Assembly: GCA_001192655.1 (NCBI GenBank)
Contig: BBVC01000040.1
Coordinates: forward strand, 1 to 11,756
Length of the DNA stretch: 11,756 nt
From: Caedimonas varicaedens
Lineage (GTDB): Bacteria > Pseudomonadota > Alphaproteobacteria > Caedimonadales > Caedimonadaceae
Reading direction: 5' to 3'
Below are positions 1 to 7,207 of this stretch, piece after piece; position 1 is the first letter of the stretch, and the number at the start of each line of letters is the position of its first letter. The notes beneath the pieces were generated by a model, which was not told the origin of the DNA, did no database searches, and saw only the letters and a program-made list of their open reading frames with translations. Position numbers and translations under genes: made by a program.

Positions 1-154
1 GCTAACAACGCATAAAATGATCATGCTTTATGAGGTCGTGAAATTCGTTCGGAAAATGTATTGTGAGACTATATCTTTTTAGTCTATAAAGTAAAGCCTT
101 CCATCTCGTCATTTCTCAATATTTTTACCCATGATCATTTTATATGGTGTTAGC
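1..154. repeat. Imperfect 25-bp inverted-repeat pair (1..25 and 130..154) flanking an AT-rich core of about 100 bp. It could be a MITE or IS remnant, or a paired operator. The left arm touches the window edge, so the true extent is unknown.
   Basis: Read directly from the sequence. GCTAACAACGCATAAAATGATCATG (1..25) is complementary to CATGATCATTTTATATGGTGTTAGC (130..154) at 22 of 25 positions, with mismatches at 8/147, 10/145 and 11/144. Each arm contains the 8-bp palindrome ATGATCAT. The core holds a small hairpin, AGACTA (66..71) with TAGTCT (80..85). There is no convincing ORF inside. Confidence 0.55.
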
Positions 155-396
155 TATATATCATGACAGTGGTGCCATGTGAATCAGGTTACGTTATCTT
201 AATTGATTTCGAGGGACTTAAAATAACTACATCAAGCAGGAAGCATACTCAAAAGGTTTCAAAAAACCTTGGTAGGTGAACCCGTGGCAAAAGTCCCGCC
301 CAATGTGCATAAAGTGCGTGAACACGAAGGGATTTCCGAAGGGGAAACCCGAAGCCCAAGCGACCTCAGATTTTGAAAGACCAAAGGTACAGATAT

Positions 397-428
397 AAAA
401 AAAGACCCGCACGAGGCGGGTCTTTTTG
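397..428. terminator. Bidirectional rho-independent terminator that ends the tol-pal transcript on the minus strand. It could also end any plus-strand transcript arriving from the left.
   Basis: The GC-rich 8-bp stem AGACCCGC (403..410) pairs with GCGGGTCT (416..423) around the 5-nt loop ACGAG. An A7 tract (397..403) sits on one side and a T5 tract (423..427) on the other, so a stem plus U-tract is presented on both strands. It lies 23 nt downstream of the pal stop codon (453..451). Confidence 0.85.
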
Positions 429-450
429 ATTTTGTGTCTTATCGCCTGAA

Positions 451-945
451 CTAACGAACGACAGAAACATCACGACGGTTTTTCGCATGCGCTTCTTCTG
501 TATGTCCCGCATCAATCGGACGCTCTTTCCCGTAAGAAACGGTTTCAAGACGTGAAGTATCAATGCCTTGTGACATAAGGAAATGCTTCGCAGCATGGGC
601 ACGCTTTTCACCAAGAGCCAAGTTGTATTCAACAGTTCCACGCTCGTCACAGTGACCTTCAATCAAAAGGTTCACACCACCCCATTTTTTCAGCCACTCA
701 GCTTGATTTTCCAAAGCGGTTTTAGCTTCTGCTGTCAAATCATGACGATCGAATCCAAAGTGAACAGTATCCTGTACATTCTTTTGGAAATCAGCTGCAG
801 ATCCTGGAGTTGGACCATCAGCAGACGCCGAAGGAGCTGGGAAGTTATCAAAACCACCCGATACCATCTTGTTTTCATCGCATGTGTCACCACAAGCTGT
901 CAAAAGAGCCGCAACAGCAGCTAAACCTAAAAGTTGTTTACGCAT
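451..945 (-). CDS. pal: Peptidoglycan-associated lipoprotein Pal (OmpA-like domain)
   Basis: 164 aa. The lipoprotein signal peptide carries the lipobox LLTAC (MRKQLLGLAAVAALLTAC). The C-terminal OmpA/Pal peptidoglycan-binding domain reads HFGFDRHDL...LLIEGHCDERGTVEYNLALGEKRA...VSYGKERP. ATG start with a GGGGA Shine-Dalgarno upstream. It is the last gene after tolB. Confidence 0.95.
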   Translation of the reverse strand: MRKQLLGLAAVAALLTACGDTCDENKMVSGGFDNFPAPSASADGPTPGSAADFQKNVQDTVHFGFDRHDLTAEAKTALENQAEWLKKWGGVNLLIEGHCDERGTVEYNLALGEKRAHAAKHFLMSQGIDTSRLETVSYGKERPIDAGHTEEAHAKNRRDVSVVR

Positions 946-1082
946 TATCTTTATCCCCTAAAATTAAGTTTTCCATTAAACCAAAAAATTACAATAATAC
1001 ACCAAAGATACGTTTTCCACTTGTATCTTCAGGCATTTTCATAAAAACAACCTCAACTCCTACCGAGTATACAGATAAATTT

Positions 1083-2408
1083 CTATCTAATCAAGGGGGA
1101 CCAACATCCACCCGCTGCATCTGTTGGCGTCGGGATAACACGCTCATTATAACCGGTTAAATCCACAGCATACATGCGGCTTTTGCCAGTTCTTTCCAGG
1201 CGGGTAAACATAATGACACGACCATTCGGAGACCAGCAAGGATCATCAATGACATAGCCCTGAGCCAATAACCGTTCCCCTGATCCATCGGGTTTCATAA
1301 CGCCGATATAAAAAGATCCTTTGGAAAGTTTTGTAAAGGTGATCCAATCTCCACGGGGCGACCACACAGGAGTCCTATAACTTCCCTTTCCAAAGCTGAT
1401 GCGTTCTGCATCTCCTCCCCGTGCAGGCATAACATACAGTTGTGCCGATCCTCCTCGATCCGAGTTAAAAACGATTTGATTGCCGTCAGGAGAATAGCAC
1501 GGAGACGTGTCAATTTGAGCACCTTCCGTGATACGAGCAATCGCCCGTGTCCCCAGATTCATATTATAAAGCGAGGTTCGTCCACCCGCAGCGAAACTCA
1601 TGATCACCGAGCTTCCATCGGGCGAAAAATGCGGCGCAAATGTCATCCCCTTAAAATTCCCCAAGAGTTGCCGTTGGCCAGAAGAAAGATTCATCATATA
1701 AACTTTGGGCTGGATATGATTGAAATCAATATAGGCAATTTCTTGAGCTTTCGGTGAAAAGCGTGGTGTCAGCACCAGGGATTGACCCGTTGAGAGAAAA
1801 CGATGATTGGCGCCATCCTGATCCATAATGGCAAGGCGCTTGATACGTTTGGTACTGGGACCTGTTTGGGAAACATAGGCGATCTTTGTGTCAAAATATC
1901 CCTCATCTCCTGTGATACGTTTATAAATGGCATCTGCAATTTTATGAGCCACGCGTCGATAATCTTGAGCCGTTGCCATAAAGGCAAGACCTTCCATCTG
2001 ATTTTCTGCAATCACATCATAAAGGCGGAATTCTACGCGAAACCGCCCATCGTTCATGAGGGTAATATCTCCCTTAACCAGCGTTTGCGTATTGATGAGA
2101 CGCCAATCCGCAAAGCGCGGCCCCTGCTGTCTCAGGGAATCCAGCGTTTGCACAAAGGAAGACGGATCAAGAGGCTTGAAAAGCCCACATCCTTTCAAAT
2201 CCGCACTGACAATAGAGGAAATCTGGGTGCCCAGATTCGCCAATTCAGGGCTTGCGCCATAAAAACTGGTGATAGCAACGGGCATAGGTGCGATGGTTCC
2301 CTGTGTGATATCTATTGTCAATTCTTCTGCTTTAAGTCCAAACAAACCTAGAAAAACACCACCCACCAAGGTTAAGAGATACAAAACTTTTTTGATGTAG
2401 TGACTCAT
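1083..2408 (-). CDS. tolB: Tol-Pal system periplasmic beta-propeller protein TolB
   Basis: 441 aa with an N-terminal signal peptide (LLTLVGGVFLGLFGLKA). It has a TolB N-terminal domain followed by repeated SPDG/SPNG propeller blades (FSPDGSS, YSPDGNQ, WSPRGDW, WSPNG). GGAGGG Shine-Dalgarno before the ATG. It sits between tolA and pal. Confidence 0.95.
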   Translation of the reverse strand: MSHYIKKVLYLLTLVGGVFLGLFGLKAEELTIDITQGTIAPMPVAITSFYGASPELANLGTQISSIVSADLKGCGLFKPLDPSSFVQTLDSLRQQGPRFADWRLINTQTLVKGDITLMNDGRFRVEFRLYDVIAENQMEGLAFMATAQDYRRVAHKIADAIYKRITGDEGYFDTKIAYVSQTGPSTKRIKRLAIMDQDGANHRFLSTGQSLVLTPRFSPKAQEIAYIDFNHIQPKVYMMNLSSGQRQLLGNFKGMTFAPHFSPDGSSVIMSFAAGGRTSLYNMNLGTRAIARITEGAQIDTSPCYSPDGNQIVFNSDRGGSAQLYVMPARGGDAERISFGKGSYRTPVWSPRGDWITFTKLSKGSFYIGVMKPDGSGERLLAQGYVIDDPCWSPNGRVIMFTRLERTGKSRMYAVDLTGYNERVIPTPTDAAGGCWSPLIR

Positions 2409-2429
2409 AGTTACCCTCCAAGTAAATCC

Positions 2430-3353
2430 TTAAGGATTAAAGTTTAATTTTATACTACTATATTTTTTCAATATTCTTGATGGAATAGGTGGTTTTGCAC
2501 AACGAGGATCCTTTGCTGCTCGTAAAGCGGCTTCTGCCGCACTTCGATAATAAGGATCCGTACTCAAACGCCTTTTGTCAACAATTTCAGCGTCTTTAAT
2601 TGTTCCATCCGGTGTAAAGGTTAGAAGAATTAGCGTTACTAAATTATCCGCTCCTTGAGTACCCGCTGTTATATTATTCCAACATTGCAGAAAATAAGAA
2701 CGTATTAAATTCTCCTCACCCATCGTCAAGGCATCTCCCACTTTCCCTACTTGTCGAGCAGGCGCTGGAGCATCAGGGTCGGTTGATGCGTCCGAATCAT
2801 CATCCACTTTTTGTTTCAGATCTTCAAGATTTTTAAGGATAGAGTCGAAAGAATCTTCTTTTTTCTTTTTCTCAGGTTTTTTATCCTTGGGCTTCTCTTG
2901 CTTCTCTTGCTTCTTTGGTTTGCCTTTCTCTTTCGGTTTGGGGGGCACAGGTTTGGCCTGGGGTTCCGGCGCAGGTTCCTTTATCTCAGGTTTTGGAGCT
3001 GGATCAGGCGTCGGCAGCGGTTCTGGTGTAGGTGGCTCTGGTGGCGCAACAGGAGCCGGAGTAGGCTCCTCTGGTTGTGGTTGTGGTTCAGGTTCGGGCG
3101 CCGGAGAAGGAGGGGGAGTTTGCTTTTCAGGCTCTGGCTGAGGTTCCGGCTTTTTCTCTTCAATTTTTGGCTCTTCCTTGACAGGCGTAACGGCCGGTTT
3201 GGGCGCCATCGTCTCTTCAGCAATGGTCATCACCTCTACAGGAATAGCGTGCATCGGCTCTGGCTGCTCTTTGGGAAACCATGGAATTCCAAAAAACAGC
3301 AAGAGGAAAACGACGACATGCAGTAAAAAAGAATAAAGAGCCGGACGTCCCAT
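2430..3353 (-). CDS. tolA: Cell-envelope integrity protein TolA (TolA/TonB-type energy transducer)
   Basis: 307 aa. It has a single N-terminal TM helix (LYSFLLHVVVFLLLFFGIPWF), a long Pro/Glu/Lys-rich spacer, and a C-terminal TolA-III-like domain (YFLQCWN...LILLTFTPDGTIKDAEIV...AAEAALRAAKDPRC...IKLNFNP). It is called TolA rather than TonB because it lies between tolR and tolB. Confidence 0.85.
   Translation of the reverse strand: MGRPALYSFLLHVVVFLLLFFGIPWFPKEQPEPMHAIPVEVMTIAEETMAPKPAVTPVKEEPKIEEKKPEPQPEPEKQTPPPSPAPEPEPQPQPEEPTPAPVAPPEPPTPEPLPTPDPAPKPEIKEPAPEPQAKPVPPKPKEKGKPKKQEKQEKPKDKKPEKKKKEDSFDSILKNLEDLKQKVDDDSDASTDPDAPAPARQVGKVGDALTMGEENLIRSYFLQCWNNITAGTQGADNLVTLILLTFTPDGTIKDAEIVDKRRLSTDPYYRSAAEAALRAAKDPRCAKPPIPSRILKKYSSIKLNFNP
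2874..3203 (-). repeat. Low-complexity coding repeat inside tolA: Pro-Glu, Pro-Gln and Lys-Pro/Lys-Glu runs that encode the TolA spacer domain
   Basis: This covers roughly aa 51-160 of TolA (PEPQPEPEKQTPPPSPAPEPEPQPQPEEPTPAP...KPKEKGKPKKQEKQEKPKDKKPEKKKK). Short tandem units are visible at the nucleotide level, for example cttctcttg cttctcttg near 2893 and ggttgtggttgtgg near 3074. The region produces three spurious track ORFs in other frames. Confidence 0.7.
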
Positions 3354-3365
3354 TATAGACCTTTT

Positions 3366-3821
3366 TTAGGGTTTTGGAGCAGCCTTGGGTGAGGGAAGCT
3401 CCGCCATTAAGGCGATCTTCTCAAATCCTGCAGCTGTAATTGTCCCCATCACCTGCAAAATTACTCCATAAGAAATTTTTTGATCCCCCCGCACAAAAAT
3501 ACGGGTGTCTGGTTTTGCTTCTGTAATTGCCTGAAGACGCGGAACCAGCGTTTGCAAATCAACTTCTGTTTCCTGCAAATAAATTTTATTATCTGCCGTT
3601 ACTGAAATCGTCAGGGGTTCTACTTTTTCATTAATGGCTTTGGCCTGTGTTTTCGGAAGATCCACAGGAACACCCACCGTCATAAGAGGAGCCGTCACCA
3701 TAAAAATGACCAGCAAAACAAGCATGACATCAACCATAGGGGTGACGTTGATATCCGCCATGGGAGAACGCTTAAAGCGCGATCCCCTGCCAACAACCTT
3801 TGAAGAGAGATTCATCCCCAT
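3366..3821 (-). CDS. tolR: Tol-Pal system protein TolR (ExbD/TolR family)
   Basis: 151 aa. It carries the ExbD/TolR signature ADINVTPMVDVMLVLLVIFMVTAPL followed by a periplasmic domain. The ATG lies 2 nt after the tolQ stop. A GAGGAGG Shine-Dalgarno sits inside the end of tolQ. Confidence 0.9.
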   Translation of the reverse strand: MGMNLSSKVVGRGSRFKRSPMADINVTPMVDVMLVLLVIFMVTAPLMTVGVPVDLPKTQAKAINEKVEPLTISVTADNKIYLQETEVDLQTLVPRLQAITEAKPDTRIFVRGDQKISYGVILQVMGTITAAGFEKIALMAELPSPKAAPKP

Positions 3822-3823
3822 CG

Positions 3824-4564
3824 TTATTCAGCCTCCTCAAGCTGTCGCGACATAATCGCGCTAAATTCAGAAGCAAACGCTTCCAGGCGATTTCCATAAC
3901 GCCCCAATTCTGACGAGATCTTGTTATAGGCCAAAACAGCGGGAATAGCCGCCACAAGCCCGATTGCCGTGGCAAACAGTGCTTCTGCAATTCCCGGCGC
4001 CACAACAGCCAGATTGGTGGATTGCATCTGGGCGATCCCCTGGAAACTGTGCATAATTCCCCAAACTGTTCCAAACAACCCGATAAAAGGGGCCGTTGAT
4101 CCCACAGATGCCAGAAAGTTTAAATGGCGTTCTAATTGCTCCATTTCGCGGTTCAGAGTCACATTCATGACACGCTCAATGCGATGATGAAGCGTTTCGC
4201 GAAGTTCACGGGTTGTCGCTTTCCCTTTTGTCGTCGTCCGTCGCCATTCCCTCATGGCAGCTGCAAAAATAGCCGAAAGAGGGTCATTGGGGCGGGATCC
4301 CACGCGATCATAAAGACTATCAAGAGACCCCCCGGACCAAAAAGATTCTTCAAAGCGCTCGGCACTTGATTGCAAGGATCTGAGACGCATAAGCTTGGCA
4401 AATATAATCGTCCAGCACCACCCTGATGCCATTAACAAAAGGATCATCACAAACTGGACAACCCAATCAGCATGAATAAACAGGCTCCAAACAGACAGAT
4501 CCGTCGTTGCAACAGATTGACCCACGGCTGTCGTTTCAAGGGCGGGGGGCGTTGGCATACTCAC
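3824..4564 (-). CDS. tolQ: Tol-Pal system proton-channel protein TolQ (MotA/TolQ/ExbB family)
   Basis: 246 aa with three TM segments and the conserved C-terminal channel motif (GLFGTVWGIMHSF...APGIAEALFATAIGLVAAIPAVLAYN). The track start at 4564 is a GTG located 7 nt after an AAGGAG Shine-Dalgarno. An in-frame ATG two codons downstream (4558) is an alternative start. Confidence 0.93.
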   Translation of the reverse strand: MSMPTPPALETTAVGQSVATTDLSVWSLFIHADWVVQFVMILLLMASGWCWTIIFAKLMRLRSLQSSAERFEESFWSGGSLDSLYDRVGSRPNDPLSAIFAAAMREWRRTTTKGKATTRELRETLHHRIERVMNVTLNREMEQLERHLNFLASVGSTAPFIGLFGTVWGIMHSFQGIAQMQSTNLAVVAPGIAEALFATAIGLVAAIPAVLAYNKISSELGRYGNRLEAFASEFSAIMSRQLEEAE

Positions 4565-4617
4565 TTTGAAACTCCTTTAAGTCTTTTCCCCTTCATCTGT
4601 TAAGTGCTGGGGTATTC

Positions 4618-5019
4618 CTAATTTTCTGTGAAAATTTCCTTAATATTCTGGGGCAAACGTACAGGCCTGCCATGATTGTTTATTAGGGCAAGAGAGACCA
4701 TCATGTCAACACACAACACGTCCTGTCGATAAATTTTTTGAATCATAACAAGACGAATGCCCTTAATCTCTGCGACCTCTGATCGAACCTCCAGTTCATC
4801 ATCAAGGAAAGCAGGTTTGAGATAACGTATGGTTAAATTGCTGACGACAAAATAACAGTTTTCTTCTTTGGAAAGCTCAGACTGGGTAATATGATATCCT
4901 CTCAGCCACTCGGTACGGGCGCGCTCGGCATACTTAAGATAATTGCTGTGATAGACAATACTGCCAGCGTCAATATCTTCCTGATAAACGCGCACAGGAT
5001 GGGAATGAACTATCGTCAT
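4618..5019 (-). CDS. ybgC: Tol-Pal-associated acyl-CoA thioesterase YbgC (4HBT hotdog fold)
   Basis: 133 aa. The YbgC-type N-terminal motif is [31 protein letters not shown]. It lies immediately upstream of tolQ. Its ATG overlaps the ruvB stop as ATGA (5019..5016). Confidence 0.88.
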   Translation of the reverse strand: MTIVHSHPVRVYQEDIDAGSIVYHSNYLKYAERARTEWLRGYHITQSELSKEENCYFVVSNLTIRYLKPAFLDDELEVRSEVAEIKGIRLVMIQKIYRQDVLCVDMMVSLALINNHGRPVRLPQNIKEIFTEN

Positions 5020-6029
5020 AACAAAGTAGGCGCCGGCAGTTTTAAATATTTAAAAGCCTCAAGAGTCAATACACGACCACGAGAAGTCCTTTGCAAAAAT
5101 CCCTGCTGAATAAAATAGGGTTCCACAACTTCTTCAAGCGTATCTCTTTGTTCTGACAAAGCTGCTGCAATCGTCTCAATACCCACAGGTCCCCCTTGAA
5201 AAGTTTTCGCAATCAGCTCAAGAAAGCGGCAATCAAGGTGATCAAATCCACGCGGATCAACCCCCAGTCGCGTTAGCGCGTTATCAGCAATCTCAGCCGA
5301 GACCTGTCCTACCCTGGCAACGTCTGCGAAATCCCGCACACGGCGCAAAAGCCGCCCCGCAATACGCGGCGTTCCTCGTGATCGAGTTGCAATCTCACGA
5401 ATGCCATCGGGCGAGATAGAGAGGTCGAGCAATCGTGCTGCACGCTCCACAATCAACTCCAACTCAGGCACAGTATAATATTCTAGGCGAATAGGAATGC
5501 CAAAACGATCTCTGAGAGGTGATGTAATCAGTCCCGTACGTGTTGTCGCCGCAACCAGCGTAAAGGGGGGAAGATCAATACGAATAGCCCGAGCTGAGGG
5601 GCCTTCCCCAATCATGAGATCAAGCTTGAAATCTTCCATTGCTGGATAAAGGACTTCTTCAATGGTGGGATTCAGTCGATGGATTTCATCAATAAATAAA
5701 ACATCATGGGACTGAAGATTCGTTAAAATAGCAGCAAGATCGCCTGCTTTTGAAATCATGGGGCCTGTTGTTGTCTTGAACCCTACCCCCAGTTCGGTAG
5801 CAATAATTTGAGCCAGAGTCGTTTTGCCCAATCCTGGCGGGCCACAAAACAGAACATGATCAAGTGCTTCTCCCCGACTGCGTGCTGCTTCAATAAAGAT
5901 ACGTAAATTGGCACAGATGGGTTCCTGTCCAATAAACTCTCCAAGCGCACGGGGACGCAGGGATTTTTCTGGAAAATCTTCCTCTTTATGCTCAGGCGTA
6001 ATCAATTTTTCCGATGCAGCAAATGTCAT
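5016..6029 (-). CDS. ruvB: Holliday junction branch-migration helicase RuvB, with the start revised from the track's 6092 to 6029
   Basis: Walker A is GPPGLGKTT and Walker B is LFIDEIHRL. The RuvB N-terminus reads [13 protein letters not shown], and a winged-helix C-terminus is present. The track ORF adds 21 extra residues ([21 protein letters not shown]) that overlap ruvA by 67 nt. The internal ATG at 6029..6027 instead forms an ATGA overlap with the ruvA stop and gives a typical RuvB N-terminus ([13 protein letters not shown]...). Confidence 0.93.
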   Translation of the reverse strand: MTFAASEKLITPEHKEEDFPEKSLRPRALGEFIGQEPICANLRIFIEAARSRGEALDHVLFCGPPGLGKTTLAQIIATELGVGFKTTTGPMISKAGDLAAILTNLQSHDVLFIDEIHRLNPTIEEVLYPAMEDFKLDLMIGEGPSARAIRIDLPPFTLVAATTRTGLITSPLRDRFGIPIRLEYYTVPELELIVERAARLLDLSISPDGIREIATRSRGTPRIAGRLLRRVRDFADVARVGQVSAEIADNALTRLGVDPRGFDHLDCRFLELIAKTFQGGPVGIETIAAALSEQRDTLEEVVEPYFIQQGFLQRTSRGRVLTLEAFKYLKLPAPTLL

Positions 6030-6640
6030 GAACGGGCAAGCCTCGCAAGACCAGTACGAATCAATTGCTCGATCATAACATCTTTCCCGCATTCGCGCAC
6101 CGCCATTTCTATGGCATCAATCGCTTCATTTTGCCGGTATCCCAAATTGATTAGCGCGGAAACAGCATCTTGCGGGAGATCCGGTTTACGGCTCTGAGTC
6201 AAGGAAATCACTTTTGCCGTAGAAGTGGAAAATCCCAGCCGCACGACTTTATCCTTTAGCTCATTCACAATGCGTGCTGCCAGTTTTGGTCCTACACCCT
6301 CTGCACGCGCGATGAACGTTTTGTCTTGGCTAGAGATGGCAGCGGCAAGTTCTGGGGGCTCTCCCAAAGAAAGAAGAGAAAGCGCGACACGCATTCCCAC
6401 TCCCTGAACAGAGATGAGTAATCGATACCACTCCCGCTCTTCAGAAGTGGAAAACCCCAACAGCATGTGAGCATCTTCACGAATAATGAGTTCTGTCAGA
6501 AGGCTCACCGTCTCGCCTACAGCCGGCAGACGCCCCAGAGAGCGAGCGGAACAGTGAACCTGATAACCGACCCCACCCACATCAATGATGGCAAAGGTAT
6601 CCGATAAAGCGTCCAGTGTTCCCCGTAATTTGGTAATCAT
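6026..6640 (-). CDS. ruvA: Holliday junction DNA-binding protein RuvA
   Basis: 204 aa. The N-terminal OB domain reads MITKLRGTL...[11 protein letters not shown]. There are two helix-hairpin-helix motifs ([13 protein letters not shown] and [13 protein letters not shown]) and a C-terminal RuvB-interaction domain. Its ATG overlaps the ruvC stop as ATGA (6640..6637). Confidence 0.95.
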   Translation of the reverse strand: MITKLRGTLDALSDTFAIIDVGGVGYQVHCSARSLGRLPAVGETVSLLTELIIREDAHMLLGFSTSEEREWYRLLISVQGVGMRVALSLLSLGEPPELAAAISSQDKTFIARAEGVGPKLAARIVNELKDKVVRLGFSTSTAKVISLTQSRKPDLPQDAVSALINLGYRQNEAIDAIEMAVRECGKDVMIEQLIRTGLARLARS

Positions 6641-7149
6641 GCTGTATATTTCTCCTCATACAAGTGACGGCTTTGGCGAAAATGAGCATGACATATAGCC
6701 ACAGCCAGAGCATCAGCCGCATCCAGTTTAACTTTTCCTGCTTGCGGCAACAAGCGTTGAACCATGGCAGCGACCTGATCCTTATCGGCATGCCCCACAC
6801 CCACGACTGTTTTTTTCACCCGATTGGCGGCATACTCGGCAACCGGAATCCCATGCTGGGAAGGTGCCAACAAAACAACTCCCCGCGCCATTCCCAGTTT
6901 CAGAGTAGATAAAGGGTTTTTATTAACGAAGGTTTCCTCAACAGCCGCTTCAACAGGATTAAAGTCTTGCAAGACTTTTAAAATCTCTTGAAAAAGCTGA
7001 CACAACCGATCTGCCAAACTTTCTTCTGCTGTAGAATGCGCCACACCATGGGCAATGTGCGTCAAGTGATTGCCCCGCACGTCAATAACACCCCATCCCG
7101 TGTTTCTTAACCCTGGATCAAGACCTATAATACGAATTTTCGCTAACAT
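6637..7149 (-). CDS. ruvC: Crossover junction endodeoxyribonuclease RuvC
   Basis: 170 aa. RNase-H-fold RuvC signature [17 protein letters not shown], plus conserved acidic residues downstream (VEETF ... [12 protein letters not shown]). Confidence 0.95.
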   Translation of the reverse strand: MLAKIRIIGLDPGLRNTGWGVIDVRGNHLTHIAHGVAHSTAEESLADRLCQLFQEILKVLQDFNPVEAAVEETFVNKNPLSTLKLGMARGVVLLAPSQHGIPVAEYAANRVKKTVVGVGHADKDQVAAMVQRLLPQAGKVKLDAADALAVAICHAHFRQSRHLYEEKYTA

Positions 7150-7207
7150 GTGACTCTTACCTTAAATTGAAAACATGATAAATAAAAGCAAGAAAACGAT
7201 TAAAGAA

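Noticed and set aside
2-82. A possible 3-prime end of a plus-strand gene entering from the left (frame 2, LTTHKMIMLYEVVKFVRKMYCETISF-stop at 80..82), and a possible minus-strand start at 24..22.
   Set aside because: Too few codons are visible, there is no motif or ribosome-binding site, and the segment coincides with the inverted-repeat arm. It cannot be called without the sequence to the left.
195-260. A two-piece (permuted) tmRNA. GATTTCGAGGGAC vaguely resembles the GGATTCGACGGGA region near the 5-prime end of tmRNAs.
   Set aside because: There is no GGGG acceptor strand, no T-arm (GGTTCGA..CC), no CCA-proximal piece upstream, and no tag reading frame ending in an LAA/VAA-stop anywhere in 1..450 on either strand.
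287-350. RNase P RNA-like fragments: GGCAAAAGTCCCGCC (compare the P4 strand GGAAAGTCCGGGC), followed about 45 nt later by GGGGAAACCC.
   Set aside because: Only about 130 nt remain before the terminator and pal. There is no matching 3-prime P4 strand (ACAGAACCCGGCTTA-like) and no other conserved RNase P blocks. An RNase P RNA of 330-400 nt cannot fit here.
320-390. Glycine-riboswitch-like pieces: CGAAGGGGAAAC (compare CGAAGGAGCAA) and CTCAGATTTTGAAAGACC (compare CTCAGGCAAAAGGAC).
   Set aside because: The GGAGAG P1 strand is absent upstream and the matches are partial. No downstream plus-strand gene exists for it to regulate, because the next element is a terminator and then a convergent gene.
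227-662. Track ORFs 227..412(-) and 366..662(-), plus 583..924(+) and 810..1160(+).
   Set aside because: 227..412 and 366..662 run through the terminator stem-loop, and 366..662 also overlaps pal out of frame. The plus-strand ones are antisense to pal. None has a recognisable motif, and pal explains the coding signal.
1295-2351. Several track ORFs inside or antisense to tolB: 1295..1540(-), 1440..1757(+), 1769..2011(-), 1803..2351(+) and 2056..2262(+). Analogous nested ORFs occur in tolQ, ruvB/ruvA/ruvC, nnrD, yebC, the DUF1013-like gene and pfk.
   Set aside because: Each is fully nested in a longer ORF that has strong family motifs. None has its own ribosome-binding site or any recognisable domain.
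2811-3326. Track ORFs 2811..3326(+), 2887..3141(+) and 2981..3223(-), which overlap tolA and encode Gly/Ser-, Arg/Leu/Phe- or Arg/Leu-rich peptides.
   Set aside because: They are alternative-frame and antisense readings of the Pro/Glu/Lys low-complexity repeat of tolA. The tolA frame has a TM anchor and a conserved C-terminal domain, and these ORFs have neither a ribosome-binding site nor a recognisable domain.
6030-6092. A 21-aa N-terminal extension of ruvB ([21 protein letters not shown]) that looks like a small Cys-rich motif.
   Set aside because: It overlaps ruvA by 67 nt in another frame. RuvB proteins normally begin close to the LRP..L..FIGQ motif. The internal ATG at 6029 gives the same ATGA coupling seen at the two neighbouring junctions.
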